Assembly (NCBI GenBank): GCA_028023455.1
Contig: JAQFVV010000005.1
Location: 23,420,180 to 23,484,179 of the forward strand
DNA from: Epiperipatus broadwayi
Lineage: Eukaryota; Animalia; Onychophora
Direction: 5' to 3'
Length of the DNA stretch: 64,000 bases
Shown here: piece by piece, positions 49,981 to 63,081 of the stretch
Position numbering within the stretch: position 1 is the first letter of the stretch
Layout: the number at the start of each line of letters is the position of its first letter
The notes under the pieces: model-generated
Database searches by the model: none
What the model was told of the DNA's origin: nothing
What the model saw: only the letters and a program-made list of their open reading frames with translations
Made by a program: the position numbers and the translations under genes

Positions 49981-52367
49981 TGATTATTTATATCATTTTA
50001 GCAAGAGCTTTGTGATTAGTTTAGTTTTGTTTATAAAACTATTTTGATCAATATCAGTGCTTGTAGTTATCAATTGCAATAAATGAGCTAAAGGCAGATT
50101 ATTAAAGGTAATATGAAAATAAATCACAATTTGTATTTGAGCATCAGTAACACAACCTTAATAAATGAACAGACAAACTATAACTGAACAGAACTAATTG
50201 TGTACAAATAGCACACAGTTCCTCTTGAATATTTGGAGCATGCATGTTGGATCAAAGCAATGCAAAGCTGTTTCTTTGACACATCTTATATTTGCAAAAT
50301 GCACGGATATATAGTATTATAAAACAGTTATTAATAATATTAATATCAAGATTATTCATTAGTGAAAGAATATAAATAATAAGCATTTGATTTAATTCAT
50401 AATTTTATTTTGGAAAAATAAAAATCTCTAGACAAGCCACACAAACCCTCACTGCGTGCCATGTTTTGAGCAGCCCTAGTGTAATTCATGGATTGATTTG
50501 TATAATTGTCACAAAATTCATCTCTTTTTTATATATATTTTCTGGAATTAGAATGACATTCTTATTTAAGAATGATCGGTAATGATTGTAAAGTAATTAA
50601 AAGCAGTTATTATTATTATAGGTGCACATAAAAGAAATATCATCTTGTATTATTATTATAGGTGCACATAAAAGAAATATCATCTTGTACATAATACATT
50701 AAAACAATTTTTATTAGGCTACTGCTGATATTAATAGCAAGATAGCTTAATTTGTTTTGGAATTAATAAAAATCTTGAAAAATGACATTTATCTTGACAA
50801 TTTCGGATGGAGATGTTTTTAAAAAAGTAAATATTCATATTCACTTTGGAAATTTATTTTTTCAATAGTGCACCTATTTTCAGTAATCTATTGCTGACGT
50901 TTTTATTTCAGAAATTATAATGTCTTTGAATTAATAGGACTAAATATCTATTTTTTATTTTTAGCATGAGATTTTTATTTGTACACATGGAATAAATAAC
51001 TAAAATATATATACATAGAGAGCGTACCAATAGCTCAAACAAGCTCGTAATTAACAAGTGCGGTTATGAGAAATATTTAAAATCTCTATCCAGAACACAC
51101 TTATCTCCAGACCATGATTAAAAGTAATGTCACGTTATATATGACTTGCTTTTTTAATTATTACTGAAATATATATGAATGATGTAGCAGTTTTAAAATG
51201 AACTTTGTCACTATACAGTGTTGCATTAACCCTATCTTTCAAAATGTAATATCAGAATGGATAACCCTACCCAGACGAGATGCTTTCTCATTCTTGATAT
51301 TGAGGTTAATGTACTTGAATTACTTATACTACTGTAAGATTAAAAGAAAAATTGTATTAAGTTCCAAGATTTTCCATATGAATTGGTTATGAATGAATTT
51401 CTCATTACAACTTTTGCTAGAGAATCTTAAAAATGTTTGATAAAATCCAATTATTATATGTTAGTTAAAAATGGCTGGAAAAGCAAAAACAGTTCTCAGA
51501 GTACAGTCATTGATTGTTTTAATCTTCATCATTGAATGCATTAGATATAATAATAAGGTTATTCCAATTAAAAAAAACAACTTAGATAACATAAACAATA
51601 GTATCGACATTTGATTAGGTAAGGGATCAATTTTTAAGCAATTAGGATGATACATTCTTTTTAATGTCGAAATCTTGCATCTTACTAACGGCATTACCGA
51701 ATGATAAATGATCAAAATCTACCATATTAAATGGGCAGTACAGAAACAGAGTCCTACAATTCATTTCTTAAAAAAAAAAACAAAAAACAATAAAAATACT
51801 GTTAATTTAGATTGCTGTAACTTATGGACCCTAAATATATTAATCAAATAATGTTAATAAAATCTTGCAAAACATCACATAGTTATTAGTTTACATTCTT
51901 GCATTAGACAGTAATAATTTGTTGCCACTATCTTAAACTTCTAAAATTATTTGTAAATATAATGGTTCCATAAATATAATCATTACAACAAACTTTTCTA
52001 AAATTGGAGATTTTCCCCAGCGGCTTATGGTGCCTATAACATTGCATTTTTTTTGATTACAGATTTATTTGAATACTTTTTTATAGTCATTTATTGGTAT
52101 GTACATACATTAAATTCATCATTCAAAACTCATTTAATAACTAAACAATTGCGTTCAATGACCATGTGATATCTCTTGATCATCATCAGTGATAGTTTGC
52201 ATGCTTGCCACTCTCTTAACATAACTTATTTTAGATTCATAATTTTAAGGTTATATCATAAACTTTATTGAGCCAGTCCCCCCCTCCCCCCAATGATTAA
52301 GATGCATATCATTTTATTTTTAATGTTTGTTTTTAATATTAATTTTTGTACATGTAATCATTTTTAG

Positions 52368-52476
52368 GAAAATTGCCGTCCATTTCTACGCTTTGTAACT
52401 CACGCAGACTTCAAGGATGTATTATTGCCAGCTGTGCAGAAGGCTTTGCTACGAAATCCTGAGCTCATTTTACAAG
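52368..52476 (+). CDS. GCN1: GCN1 coding exon 8
   Basis: tttttag/gtaa boundaries. ENCRPFLRFVTHADFKDVLLPAVQKALLRNPELILQ matches human DSCAPLLRYLSHSEFKDLILPTIQKSLLRSPENVIE. Confidence 0.97.
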
Positions 52477-52610
52477 GTAACTAGAAAAAAATTATTTTTG
52501 ATATATCAGAGACTGTAACAAACTCTTTACAGTAGTGCCATTTAATGTAAGACTAGCAATCAATGGATGAAAGAAGGTTTGTGCATAAAATTCCTCTATA
52601 GTGCCTACTT

Positions 52611-52669
52611 ATCCAATATTCCCAGACTAGTTTCTAGCTTGTGGCTTTCATCAGTGAGGAGCCTTAGAT
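52611..52669 (-). ncRNA. Type I minimal hammerhead ribozyme motif, family A (A5)
   Basis: Minus strand: atctaa ggc tcctca CTGATGA a agc cacaa gct a GAAA ctag TC tgggaa ta ttggat. Helix II has a compensatory A-U pair. Confidence 0.78.
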
Positions 52670-53274
52670 TTGAAAGTACTATGTTTATTTCTTAGGATCT
52701 AATGCAACCCTCCAGCAGTCATCTTTTACCTATATAGTTAACTATAAAGCTATGAGTTCAAGATGAAAACACAACATTGTTTTTAATCCAAGCTTGTTTG
52801 TTTGTATAGTCATATAGATCTGAACCCAGTTCAGCATTTAAACATTTTGCTAACTTTGGTTTTTTAAAAACCATGATTACCATCATCCTATGGGCAGGAT
52901 TGGTATAAAATCACTAAAACATTACATGATCACCAGTTTCTATGCTTCCAGAAGTTATTAATAAATATCAAACTCTCCATACAGTAGTATTACCCAGTTC
53001 AAGTCTTGGTAATCAATGGATGCAAGAAGGTTTGTGCTTAAAATTTCTATTTAATTCCCATTTAATGTCTACTTACCCAATATCCACAGACTAGTTTCTA
53101 GCTAAATCAAAGACCAAAATGTTTAGATATTGAACTGGGTTCAGATCTGTATGATTATACATGTGAATGAGCTTGGATTTGAAACATTGTTGTATTTTCA
53201 TCTTGGGATCATAAGTAAAAAGTGGTTGCTAGAGAGTTTCATTAGATTCTAAGATCTAGATGCAGTGCTCTCAG

Positions 53275-53333
53275 ATCCAAGGTTCCTCATTGATGAAAGC
53301 TACAAGCTAGAAACTAGTTTGGGGATATTAGAT
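53275..53333 (+). ncRNA. Family-A hammerhead motif with C3U and C17U changes (A6)
   Basis: atccaa ggt tcctca TTGATGA a agc tacaa gct a GAAA ctag TT tgggga ta ttagat. Confidence 0.65.
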
Positions 53334-53744
53334 GAGTAGATACTAGATAGGGATTTTATGCACAAACCTTTTTACATTTATTGATTACTAAGGCTTATAC
53401 TGGATGGTACTACTGTATGAAAAGTTTGCTACTGAATTAACAGCTTATGTAAGCATAGAAAACGGTAATCCTGAAATGTTTTAGTGGTTTTATATCAGAG
53501 ATTACTATGTTGTGTATTTTCTGAACATTAGATATCATTACTAACAGATTCATTATTGATGTTTTGGTATATCTGAAACTGCTAATTATGTGTGCATTTC
53601 TGGATATTTTATTTACTGCTAACAAACTCATTATTGATGTTTTTGATATATTTGAGATGATTAAGTATGTATTCCTTTTTTGCCCTTGGATGTCACTGCT
53701 AACAGACTTGCCCTATGTCACCTATTTTGTTTTTATTGTATTTG

Positions 53745-55148
53745 AGAGAAATGGAGAGAGCAATAGAATGGCTAGGAAGAGGGTTGAGATATCAATAATA
53801 GGTGGCAAGGGAGTATATACAATGTTGGTTTTTTATTTGTAGATGATGTCTTTTTGTGTGTAGAAAGAAGGGAAGATATGGATGTTATGCTGAGGAGATG
53901 CACAAGGATGGGTAAAGAGATGGGGATTAAATTTAGTGAAGAAAAATCAAAAGTAATGATTAATACTGGGGAAAGAGAAGTCAAAGAATTTTTATTGGGG
54001 GATATAAAGTTAAGTGTGGTGAATAGATATAACTATTTGTGAATCGTCTTAAGTAATCAGAGAAATTGCTTGGATGAATGGGAGAAAAAATTGATAAATG
54101 AGGCAAAGAAAAGAAAGAGATTGATAAAGAAATTAACAGTGTTCTCATATAATAAATATGATGTAGCTAGAATTGTATGGAAGGGAGTGGCAGTAACAGG
54201 GTTAACATGTGGTAACGATGCGTTATGTGTTAGTAAAGTGGTATTAGATTACTTAAAGTACAAAGAAAAGTAGGAAGACATGATTAGATGTAGATGTGTG
54301 GATGGGAAAGAGGCAATTCAAGGAGAAATGGGATGGTCAAGTTTTTATATGAGAGATGCAAAAAGCAAAAAGAAACTGTTTGATAGATTGCAGTTTATGG
54401 ATAATAAAAGAATAGTCAAAATAGTATTTAATTGGGTTATGAATAAAGGGTAGGCAACAAGATGAGTGATAAAAGTAATGCGATATGCAGAAGATTTGGA
54501 TAAAGAATTTATGTCAGTATACTTATACAAAAGATGGCTTGATTGTGTTAGGAGAATTGTTGAGTGTTATAGTGTTAAGGAATGGGATAGAAGAATAGAT
54601 GCATTAATAAAGAATAGGGAGTTGGAGAGATGGAGAACTAGTATGTAGAGTAAAAAGAGTTTAAATATATATAGAAGTAAACTGAATATTGGATGTGAGT
54701 TAATTTATGATAATAGCAAGGAAAGTAGTTTACTGCTTAAGGCTTGAACGGGATCTTTAGCAACAAGGGAATATACACATAAATTGAAAAATGTGGGTGA
54801 TTTAGTCTAAGTTGTGTAAGGAAGGCATAGAAAATATTAGGCATCTGTTAATTAAATGTAAATGCCTGAAAGCAGAAAGGGTACAAACTGTGGAAGAATA
54901 AATATAAACAAAGTGATTATACAGTAAGTGGTTTATTGGTTTTTATTTTGGGGGTGAATTTAGATATAAAGGCGATGGAGTTGACAAAAATTATGTTGTG
55001 AAAATGGGATGGAGCAGGATAGAGAAGAATATGAGAAAACTTAGGGTGGGGATTGGAAAGGGAAGTTAAAGTGGCTAATAGTTTTCTCTGGGCATAGTTT
55101 CTGAGAGATTACTGATTTCGTATAAAGAGAAGTCACAGTGCATCACAT
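53745..55148 (+). mobile_element. 5'-truncated copy of the LINE family at 27060-30071
   Basis: Collinear with about 28715-30070 (IIGGKGVYT, GIKFSEEKSKVMI, NKYDVARIVWKGV). Same 3' end (gagaagtcacagtgcatcaca). Confidence 0.9.
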
Positions 55149-56806
55149 ACATTAAGGTTGGTGAATTGGTCAGTATTCAATTGAAACATATTATTTCCAT
55201 TTATTATACACTTTATTCCCATTATGCTATTCCAAATAATAATGTAATTTTTTTTACACTTTTAAGGATTTGAAATAAACTAATTTGTTATTCATCTGTA
55301 TGGTGCTGAAGTCAATTAAAAAATTATATAGGAATTCTCTCTATTATAATCTAATTAAAGCATTTTTAAGGAAATGAAAATATTTACCAAATCAGCTATC
55401 ATATGTATGTAATGGTAATCTTTTTTATCCATACTGTTTATATCAGCGTTATATTATTCAATAACATTAGGTGGGAATATTAACATTTCTCATAATCAGA
55501 GGAATTATTATATTGTGAGAATACAAAAATATATTACCTAATGAAAATCTTTTAACCAGAAAGTAGTCATGTGGCATCTGTCAGAGTATCATTTAATTAT
55601 TATTTTTATCTTTTATCTGTGAGTGAATGTAGATTTACCGCAGTCTATTTATTTTTCTAGTTTATTATTTTCATGCTTCTCCATAATCACATTGCAAAAA
55701 CTTCTAAATGTCTGTGTTTTTTTTTTTGCTTTTATTTATTTGTCATTATCCATAAAATGTTTTGCTTTTAATTCCACCTTTTGTTAACAGGTTTTCCTCT
55801 TAATTCAAATCTTATTCATTCACAAAACTTTGATTAAAAGTCCAATTAGCTATATCAAATGTATGTTAATCCCTCCCTTTACTTTTAATATTTTTGACCG
55901 CCATCGTATTTCCTAATTTTATTTTATTCTTTCCAATCTCATTTTTATGTTTTTTTTTTTTTAATCTCTTTATTTTTAAAATTATTAAATTCTTTTTCAA
56001 TATTTTCTCGACTGTCAGCAAATTCATGCGTTACATCTGTCTTTTTATACAAATTTCATTTTAACTTAACTGTTGTTCTTTTTCGTCTTTTTGGCATGAA
56101 TCAAATCGTATAACTCAGTTTTCGTTTATTTCTCAATTTCTAATTTAATTGAAAGCTTTGCATACATTTGTATTACCAACGATAATTTATTTTATTAAAG
56201 TTTGTGAACAATTTTAGTGATAATGTAAATTTTAAAATTTTATATGTTGACATCAGTGCTAATGGTGTCTACTAAAACTCATTTTCTTGTATTAACAGCG
56301 GCAAGTTTATTTAAATCACTTTTTGAGAAATATTTTTATAATTCAATATAGAAAATAAAAAGACAAAAAAAAAGTAAAGAAATATTTATTTACATAATGC
56401 ATTGAAAAGTAAAAAATAAATTTCTTCAGCTTTCACAAATAAAAGTATGGACTGCGAAAACGTTATTATGGATTATGACTCTTGTACCATATGGTTAAAT
56501 TATATTGCATTTTCACAGTTATCTAACTGTTTTATTGATAAAATTGCAATTCAATCCACAGAAAAAAAAATTTTCTTTTTGTCAGAGGACTTGCTTGTCA
56601 CAAAATGTATTCAGTTTGGTACACAGTTTTCACCCACGAAAACTGTATTCTAAGCTTTTCATTTTAAAGATACATTTCAGTGAAGATTATTCCTAAAATT
56701 TCTTTGACTAATGCTATAATTATTAGAAAAATTATGTATAACATTCATATGTGCTCAAATTTAAACAAACTTTATAAACTAGTAAACAGTTCTTTATATA
56801 TATACT

Positions 56807-59260
56807 GTACCGGTCCGTCTGACTGTCTTACCCGTATACACGCATTGAACATGAAAATGCGTGTTATGCAACCGAGCAATGATTGTAGGTATTCAGTTAG
56901 ACACCATCATTTATTATTTTCTAGAATTGCATCACAAAAGGAAATTATTACATTCATACCTTTGAAAGATCCGGTTCACCAAGACCTTTATGTGCCACCT
57001 CTGAGAAAAGATTGCTCCCTCCCCAGAGGGATATGACTACATAATTTAGATAAGGGTTAATCCCTTTTTGACAATAAATTCAATAATATAGATGCTATAC
57101 TTAATAAATCACTAGAAAGATGGATGTTCTAACGAATTACTTATGTCCCGATAGAGATTAATCCCAGGCTAGCTCATCTACTCTTTATCTCGGGAAAGTG
57201 ATTTGTTACTTGGCTAACAAAGGAGGATAAACGTTAAAACATTTACCAAATTACACAGCACAACGTTGAAATTTTAATATTCTATCTCCGTATTTATTTA
57301 GCCCTTAATTTTATTATAATATTACAAATAAATGAAATAACAGAAATATATAAATACGAAACACACTATGAAATTTTAATCAAAAACCCCAACTTATAAT
57401 CTTAAATATTTACCCAATGGGATAAAATGGTCTCCATTTCACCTTCGCTTGCACACTCTATAGCATTTTATAGGATAGATTATTCTATACATGACTACAA
57501 TATATATGCGAGCCATGGTGGGTACGTGTTTCATTAAACAACTCTCTGTCTCTTTTCTTAATCTAATAAAGATTTCATTATTATTTGATATCATTACTTA
57601 ACTGCCATTTATAATATTTAAATAAGAGAGTTCCTCAATCGATCCTGCACGTAGCGGATCAGCCAAACAAGGAACTAATAGACTTATTTATTCCTTTATT
57701 TTTTTTTACCATTATTATATTTATCCTGCACCTAGCGGATGGAATAAGTTTATGTTAATAGAAATGAATTTGCGGTAAGTTATAACTTATTGAATCCTGC
57801 ACGTGGTGGATTGAAAAGTTTTTGAGTTATTTATAAATGAATGCACACTCTCCATCACCTTTCAACTATATGGGAAGGTAGATTTAATAACCCGTTTCTT
57901 GATACGATACATTTTTAAAGAACAGAACAGTTATTAACTGTACACTAATCCTGCACGTGGCGGATATTTATGCAGTAAAATAAGACTAAAGTGGGCGAAC
58001 AGGCTAATGCCTACCCCTTGTGTGAATATGACTTTACAAGTAATCTACCTGCCTCAAATCTTTAATCTAAATCATTTGTGATATACCAAAATTTATTTTG
58101 GTATATGAAATATATTGAATCACGTATAGAATTAATAATAATAATAAAAAAAATCATTGATCAAATACACATAAAAGATTACGTAATTCCTCACTAAAAG
58201 AAAATCATTCATAAGAAATATTTAAATCACACACACACAAAAAAATTATATTTAGAAATATAAATGGGTTTACTTCCCCAAGGTTTCGTTTTCTTCCTGG
58301 CTGAGGGCTTTTGAAGGAGATACATAAGTCACGAGCAGGCAACTGCAGGGGACTCTTCTATGGATGGCAGGCAAGATAGTTCGAGACAGCTACATTATGA
58401 TTGGGCAGAGAGTCGCATAACTTGGTGGCTACATCGGTCTTGAAAAGTGCGAATGCACCGAATTGGGTCCTCTACTCCATGTTTGCTTGGGCAATAATAC
58501 TCAGTCTTGATTTTATTCTTTCCATTTTGGTGGGCTGCGCTTCGGTTTTAATTGATTTTAACAGCGTCCTCTGGCTCTTCGGGCTGGTTAGACATCTTTG
58601 ATTTCTACTTCAAATGGATTCACTTTAAAATGGTATATCTTGTTGAAATTATTACATTAATTCTTTAACTAACTTGCGATATCTTTCCATCGAATTTCTT
58701 TCTTTCAGCTAACTTTTCCTGGTCACATTGCCAATTCCTTTCTATATTTCTATTTGCAACTTTTATTTCATCGGACTGGACATGATTACAGTTTGCGATG
58801 ACTTTTAATTCTTACTGCCAATTATTCACTCTTTGAAAGGCAAAATCAAAAACATCCAAGACGATTCAAATGAACTTAAAGAAGCAATCCCGGCGTGAAT
58901 GACTGCTTGGATCAATCATCAATCGAAAAATAAGTCAATTTGTTTTAACTGCACGCATTGAACTCGCTGCCTCCAACCCAACTGAATTCAATATTCTGAA
59001 CTTAAGTCCTTGCCTTCCTGAACTGAATTTAATATCTGAATTGAATGCCCCTATATCACCTGATCAGCACCTACATATCTTCCCCATTACAGGGTCCCCT
59101 CTACAAACTATTGCTTTTTTCAATTTTAATTAGTTTAATTAAACTACCTTTGTTCTATCGAAACTTTTCTTATTTTTTTTTAAATCTGTTTAATAATTTT
59201 CTTTTTAGACTGGTGATTTACCTTCCTATCCCATGTTTTAATTAATTTTTAATCTGCAGG
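56807..59260. other. Relatively GC-rich retroelement-like segment, unclassified
   Basis: Composition shift with CpG-containing sequence starting tgtaccggtcc. Four copies of atcctgcacgtrgcggat. Decayed Lys/Glu-rich and Cys/His-containing coding-like sequence on the minus strand at about 58280-58900. Confidence 0.35.
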
Positions 59261-61058
59261 TGTCAAGCCGAATGACTATTCATATGCTTTTACAATTTTC
59301 TCTAAAAATATTATAACATAAGAGAGAAGTCACTGACTTTGCCTGTGGTCATCAAAACTATATTCTAACAAAGAAAACAAAAATTTTATAAAGATTACGT
59401 GTTGTAACAAGGTTAACATTATTTTAAAAATTTTATACATAAATTGATTTTCAACACGTAATCCAAAAATAAAAATATACATTAAAACTTGATAATTTAA
59501 AAATGCAACATATTTAGTTGCTGGGTTGTTTACATTTAAATTTCCCGGGTTGTTTACATTTAAATTTCCCAGTATAATTTTATATCCCCTCCATCATATA
59601 AAAAATGACACATTTGTAAAACAGAAAAAAAAATATGCATTTCACTTTAAATGTATCTGATTGTACATTTAAAATGTATTGTCACCATTTATCTTCTTTT
59701 TTAATTTAAAAGATATTATGTGCGCAAACGAAGAGAAAATATACTTGCACAGACCAACCTTTTATTATTTCCTTTTTATGTATACGTTTATAAAGGCTGC
59801 AACTGTGCTTGCAGCCATCTTTGTGCCTGTCATTTATGACTGACTGTCACAATATATATATGCACACACACAATGCATAGTAGTGAAAAGATGACTTATT
59901 TTCTCTCCAAGTTACCTGTGTTGCTATCTCTGAACATGTGTTTTACATATGTAGTGCCATAAATTTAAAAAACTTTATAAACTAATAAAAAGTTTTCAGA
60001 GTTATATATATATATATACGCAGTGTACTTCAGTGAAAAGATGACTGGTTCTCTTGCCAAATTACATGCCATGCCATCTCTGAATGTGTTACATACATAG
60101 CACTATAGTTTTATTATTTGCCACAAAAATTTTAAATTGCTATTATATCTGGATCATAAGTTACAGTATGAAATATGACCATGTATTTGGCATGTTTATG
60201 AATCATTTTCAATGCTATTCCTGCTATCATGAAATCCTGCAAAGTAAACTACTTGAAAATGTTCTTGTGACTCATGACCTCATTGCTATATATAGTTTCA
60301 ATCATTTCAATGGTTTCAGTAGCATTTTGTCCAATTTAAAATGAAATATAATATTGGTGTGTTGTTCCATCAACCTTTTCACTTTCAAAGCGGCCATATT
60401 GAAAATTTAAAAAATTATGCTAAGCCACAAATTTTACAATAACTTAACTTTATATTAGTCTAAAGTCACATAATGTATACTTTTGTGTACATGGAACATC
60501 AAAGAATGTAATGAAGCTGAAAAAGTATAGCTATTGATACTTAAAGTAATAAAAAAAATTAATATTTCAAAAAATTATTTTTATACTATTTCATAATTCC
60601 TATGTTTTCATGGTTATATTATAAAACTACAATTTTATTAATAAGCTAGCTGCATTCCTCATTAAATTTCCAAGAAAATAATATATAATATGACCTACCC
60701 GAGGCAATGCATCACTTCAATACTTGAAAGAATAAAGACATTGGTACCTTTCCATTTTTCACAGCAGCCCTGCAAAATCTTTCCATACAGGGCTATGCAA
60801 CGAATATGGCATCTCTGATAACAAGATGATAATATTGATCAATAATTAGTATATTTTGAATATTATAATAAAGAATTTCAATTCAGTTTGTAATTTATTA
60901 AAAAGTACTATACACTAGTCACTATATATACAAAATAAAATAATAAAATAAAATAAAAAGTGAATGAAATACTAAATTTATTATAGAGTTAAGCTTTAGG
61001 CACATTTGTTTATAGTTTAAATATTTGAAAATCAGGCACTCTTTACAAACCTGGAGCT

Positions 61059-61180
61059 TTGGTGATTATTTATCTTTTCTACATGTATGTGGTCATGTGT
61101 ATCAGTTATATGAGATAGTATGGATAGTTGGTGGGTGCTTGAAAATCTGAGTTCAAATCCCCTATATTTGTAGTTTTATA
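61059..61180 (+). mobile_element. Family-C fragment starting at the predicted hammerhead cleavage site
   Basis: ttggtgattatttatcttttc...gaaaatctgagttcaaatcccctatatt matches the family-C minus strand 3' of the C1 cleavage site. Confidence 0.65.
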
Positions 61181-61188
61181 TATATAAT

Positions 61189-61900
61189 GTCAAAACTATT
61201 ACTTTTAGCATTGGCTTATTTTTTACTATTATTAAAATGCAGACAAAAAATTATAAAAAGATCGAAATCAGGTCATTATATTTCCACAATATATTTATTT
61301 TTGTCTCATATCAATTAATTCAAATACTCCATCCACCCAAGCTCACATTATAGAAAAATATGCACTATCTTTTTTTTTTTATGTTAGTTTCAATAATCAT
61401 TTTTTTGTTTTTTATAGCAAATATATATATAAAAAAACAATAATTAAAAAATATATAATTAAATAATAATTAAAAAACATAATAAAATAATAATTAAAAA
61501 ATATGCAGCTTTAAAATTTATATTGCAATAGTCTATAATCGGCCTAAGTTTATGTATTGTCAAAATCATTACTTTTAACATTTGCGTATATTTTACTATT
61601 ATTAAAATTATAGAAAAATCTAAAGCAGCTCATTATATTTCCACAATATATTTATTTTTGCCTCATATCAATTAATTCAAATACTTCATCCATCCAAGCT
61701 CACATTATAGAAAAATATGCACAATCTTTTTTTTTATTATGTTAGTTTCAATAATCATTTTTTTGTTTTTTTATAGCAAATGTATATTAAAAAAAACAAT
61801 TAAAAAAATATATAATTAAATAATAATTAAAAAACACATAATAAAATAATAATTAAAAAAGTATAGAAAAATAAAAATACTTACTATTAAGCCTCCATAA
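61189..61900. repeat. Tandem duplication with a ~370-bp period
   Basis: tcaaaa..attactttta at about 61190 and 61560. Shared core tcattatatttccacaatatatttatttttg...caagctcacattatagaaaaatatgcac. Confidence 0.85.
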
Positions 61901-62549
61901 TGTTTTTTTCAAAATACAATGGAAAAAGTAAAACTTTTTGCTGTTATATTTTTCATGTTTTTTCACTCTGAACTCTTCTCCAATAACTATCAAAAAAATG
62001 AGAGAAAGACAAAAATATTCAATCTACTTGATCACAAAAATTATCATAAAATTTTTATTTTTTATCGTAGAAAAATAAGATTTATCTTTCTGGAAAGTAG
62101 AGAGGGAGCTGCAAACGCAGATCTAAAAAGTGCATGTGTAGCCTGTGTAGATTTCCCTTAATCTTAACCTCAACCTGGATGTTTATAATTTGAAAATCAT
62201 TGCCATAATTTATGATCCAGATTCTAGCACTTTAAATTTTTTTGTGATGAACAACTGGACTATATTGCTATACAGCATATGCATAAATTTAGAGATGGTG
62301 TTGTAGGCAGCTTGGAGAGACAAACAATCATCACTCATCTTTTCGGTGGTACACATTGACTATAGTGAAGTGGTTGTGGTAATGTGTATATGTATATAAA
62401 TAGTCCTAACCTGAATGGAATAATTTGAGAATAGACTTTTCACATGCACGCTCACTAAGTGTAGTTTATGACTTGTTTTCACGATCAATGTTTCTTTTTT
62501 TTTTAAAATTATTATTGTTTGATTAAAAAATTATTTTTTTTATTTATAG

Positions 62550-62624
62550 CTGTTGGATATTTGTTATCTAATTTATCTATTGAACTGAGTCCTTACGGAT
62601 TGGATATTGGAAAGCATTTAGCAA
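62550..62624 (+). CDS. GCN1: GCN1 coding exon 9 (gene continues beyond the window)
   Basis: tttatag/gtaag boundaries, phase 1 to phase 1. AVGYLLSNLSIELSPYGLDIGKHLA matches human TISSLLASVTLDLSQYAMDIVKGLA. Confidence 0.95.
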
Positions 62625-62709
62625 GTAAGTGGCTAAGACTTATAGTAATTTAATTTTTTTATAATAACTGATATAAAAATAATTGATCTACATTAGTTAA
62701 TGATATTAT

Positions 62710-63081
62710 AATATTCATTTTTATAAAGCGCAAACAGTATTGACATTAAGTTGAGAGACTGCAAAACCTCTCGTGCTCATTACTATAACAGCCAATCAGA
62801 TTGTAAATACAAGACAGAGAATTTAACAAGAATAGGGCGGTCCACCCTATTCTTTACTTGTCTTTTTATATATCCAATGTTTGTAATTTAAACTTGGTGA
62901 GTTAAGTGTGAAGATATTTAATATTCACGCTTTCAGATCTAAGTACTTTAGACTGGCTTGGTTATATAAAAAGAATAGGGTGGACCGCCCTATTCTTGTT
63001 AAATTCTCTGTCTTGTATTTACGATCTGTTTGGCTGTTATAGTAATGAGCGCGAGAGGTTTTGCAGTCTCTCAACTTAATT
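62710..63081. mobile_element. Fold-back element (family E) with internal hairpins and TSD
   Basis: Inverted arms at about 62745-62855 and 62970-63081, each containing the hairpin aagaataggg-7nt-ccctattctt. 13-bp direct repeat ttaatgatattat (62697-62709; 63082-63094). Confidence 0.8.

Larger units (their letters stand above)
52513..53490. mobile_element. Family-A hammerhead retroelement, second inverted bipartite insertion
   Basis: Minus arm of ~1.3 units (caatgga at 52561 and 53014, period 453). Plus arm from about 53103. 11-bp direct repeat tatatcagaga (52502-52512; 53491-53501). Confidence 0.85.

Noticed and set aside
50607-50690. Short perfect tandem duplications (also about 5685-5745, 28375-28470 and 59524-59570)
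   Set aside because: Ordinary local slippage duplications with no further structure.
56680-57036. 118-aa ORF as an extra GCN1 exon or a nested gene
   Set aside because: GCN1 exons 8 and 9 already join in frame with no gap relative to the human protein, and the ORF has no recognisable homology.
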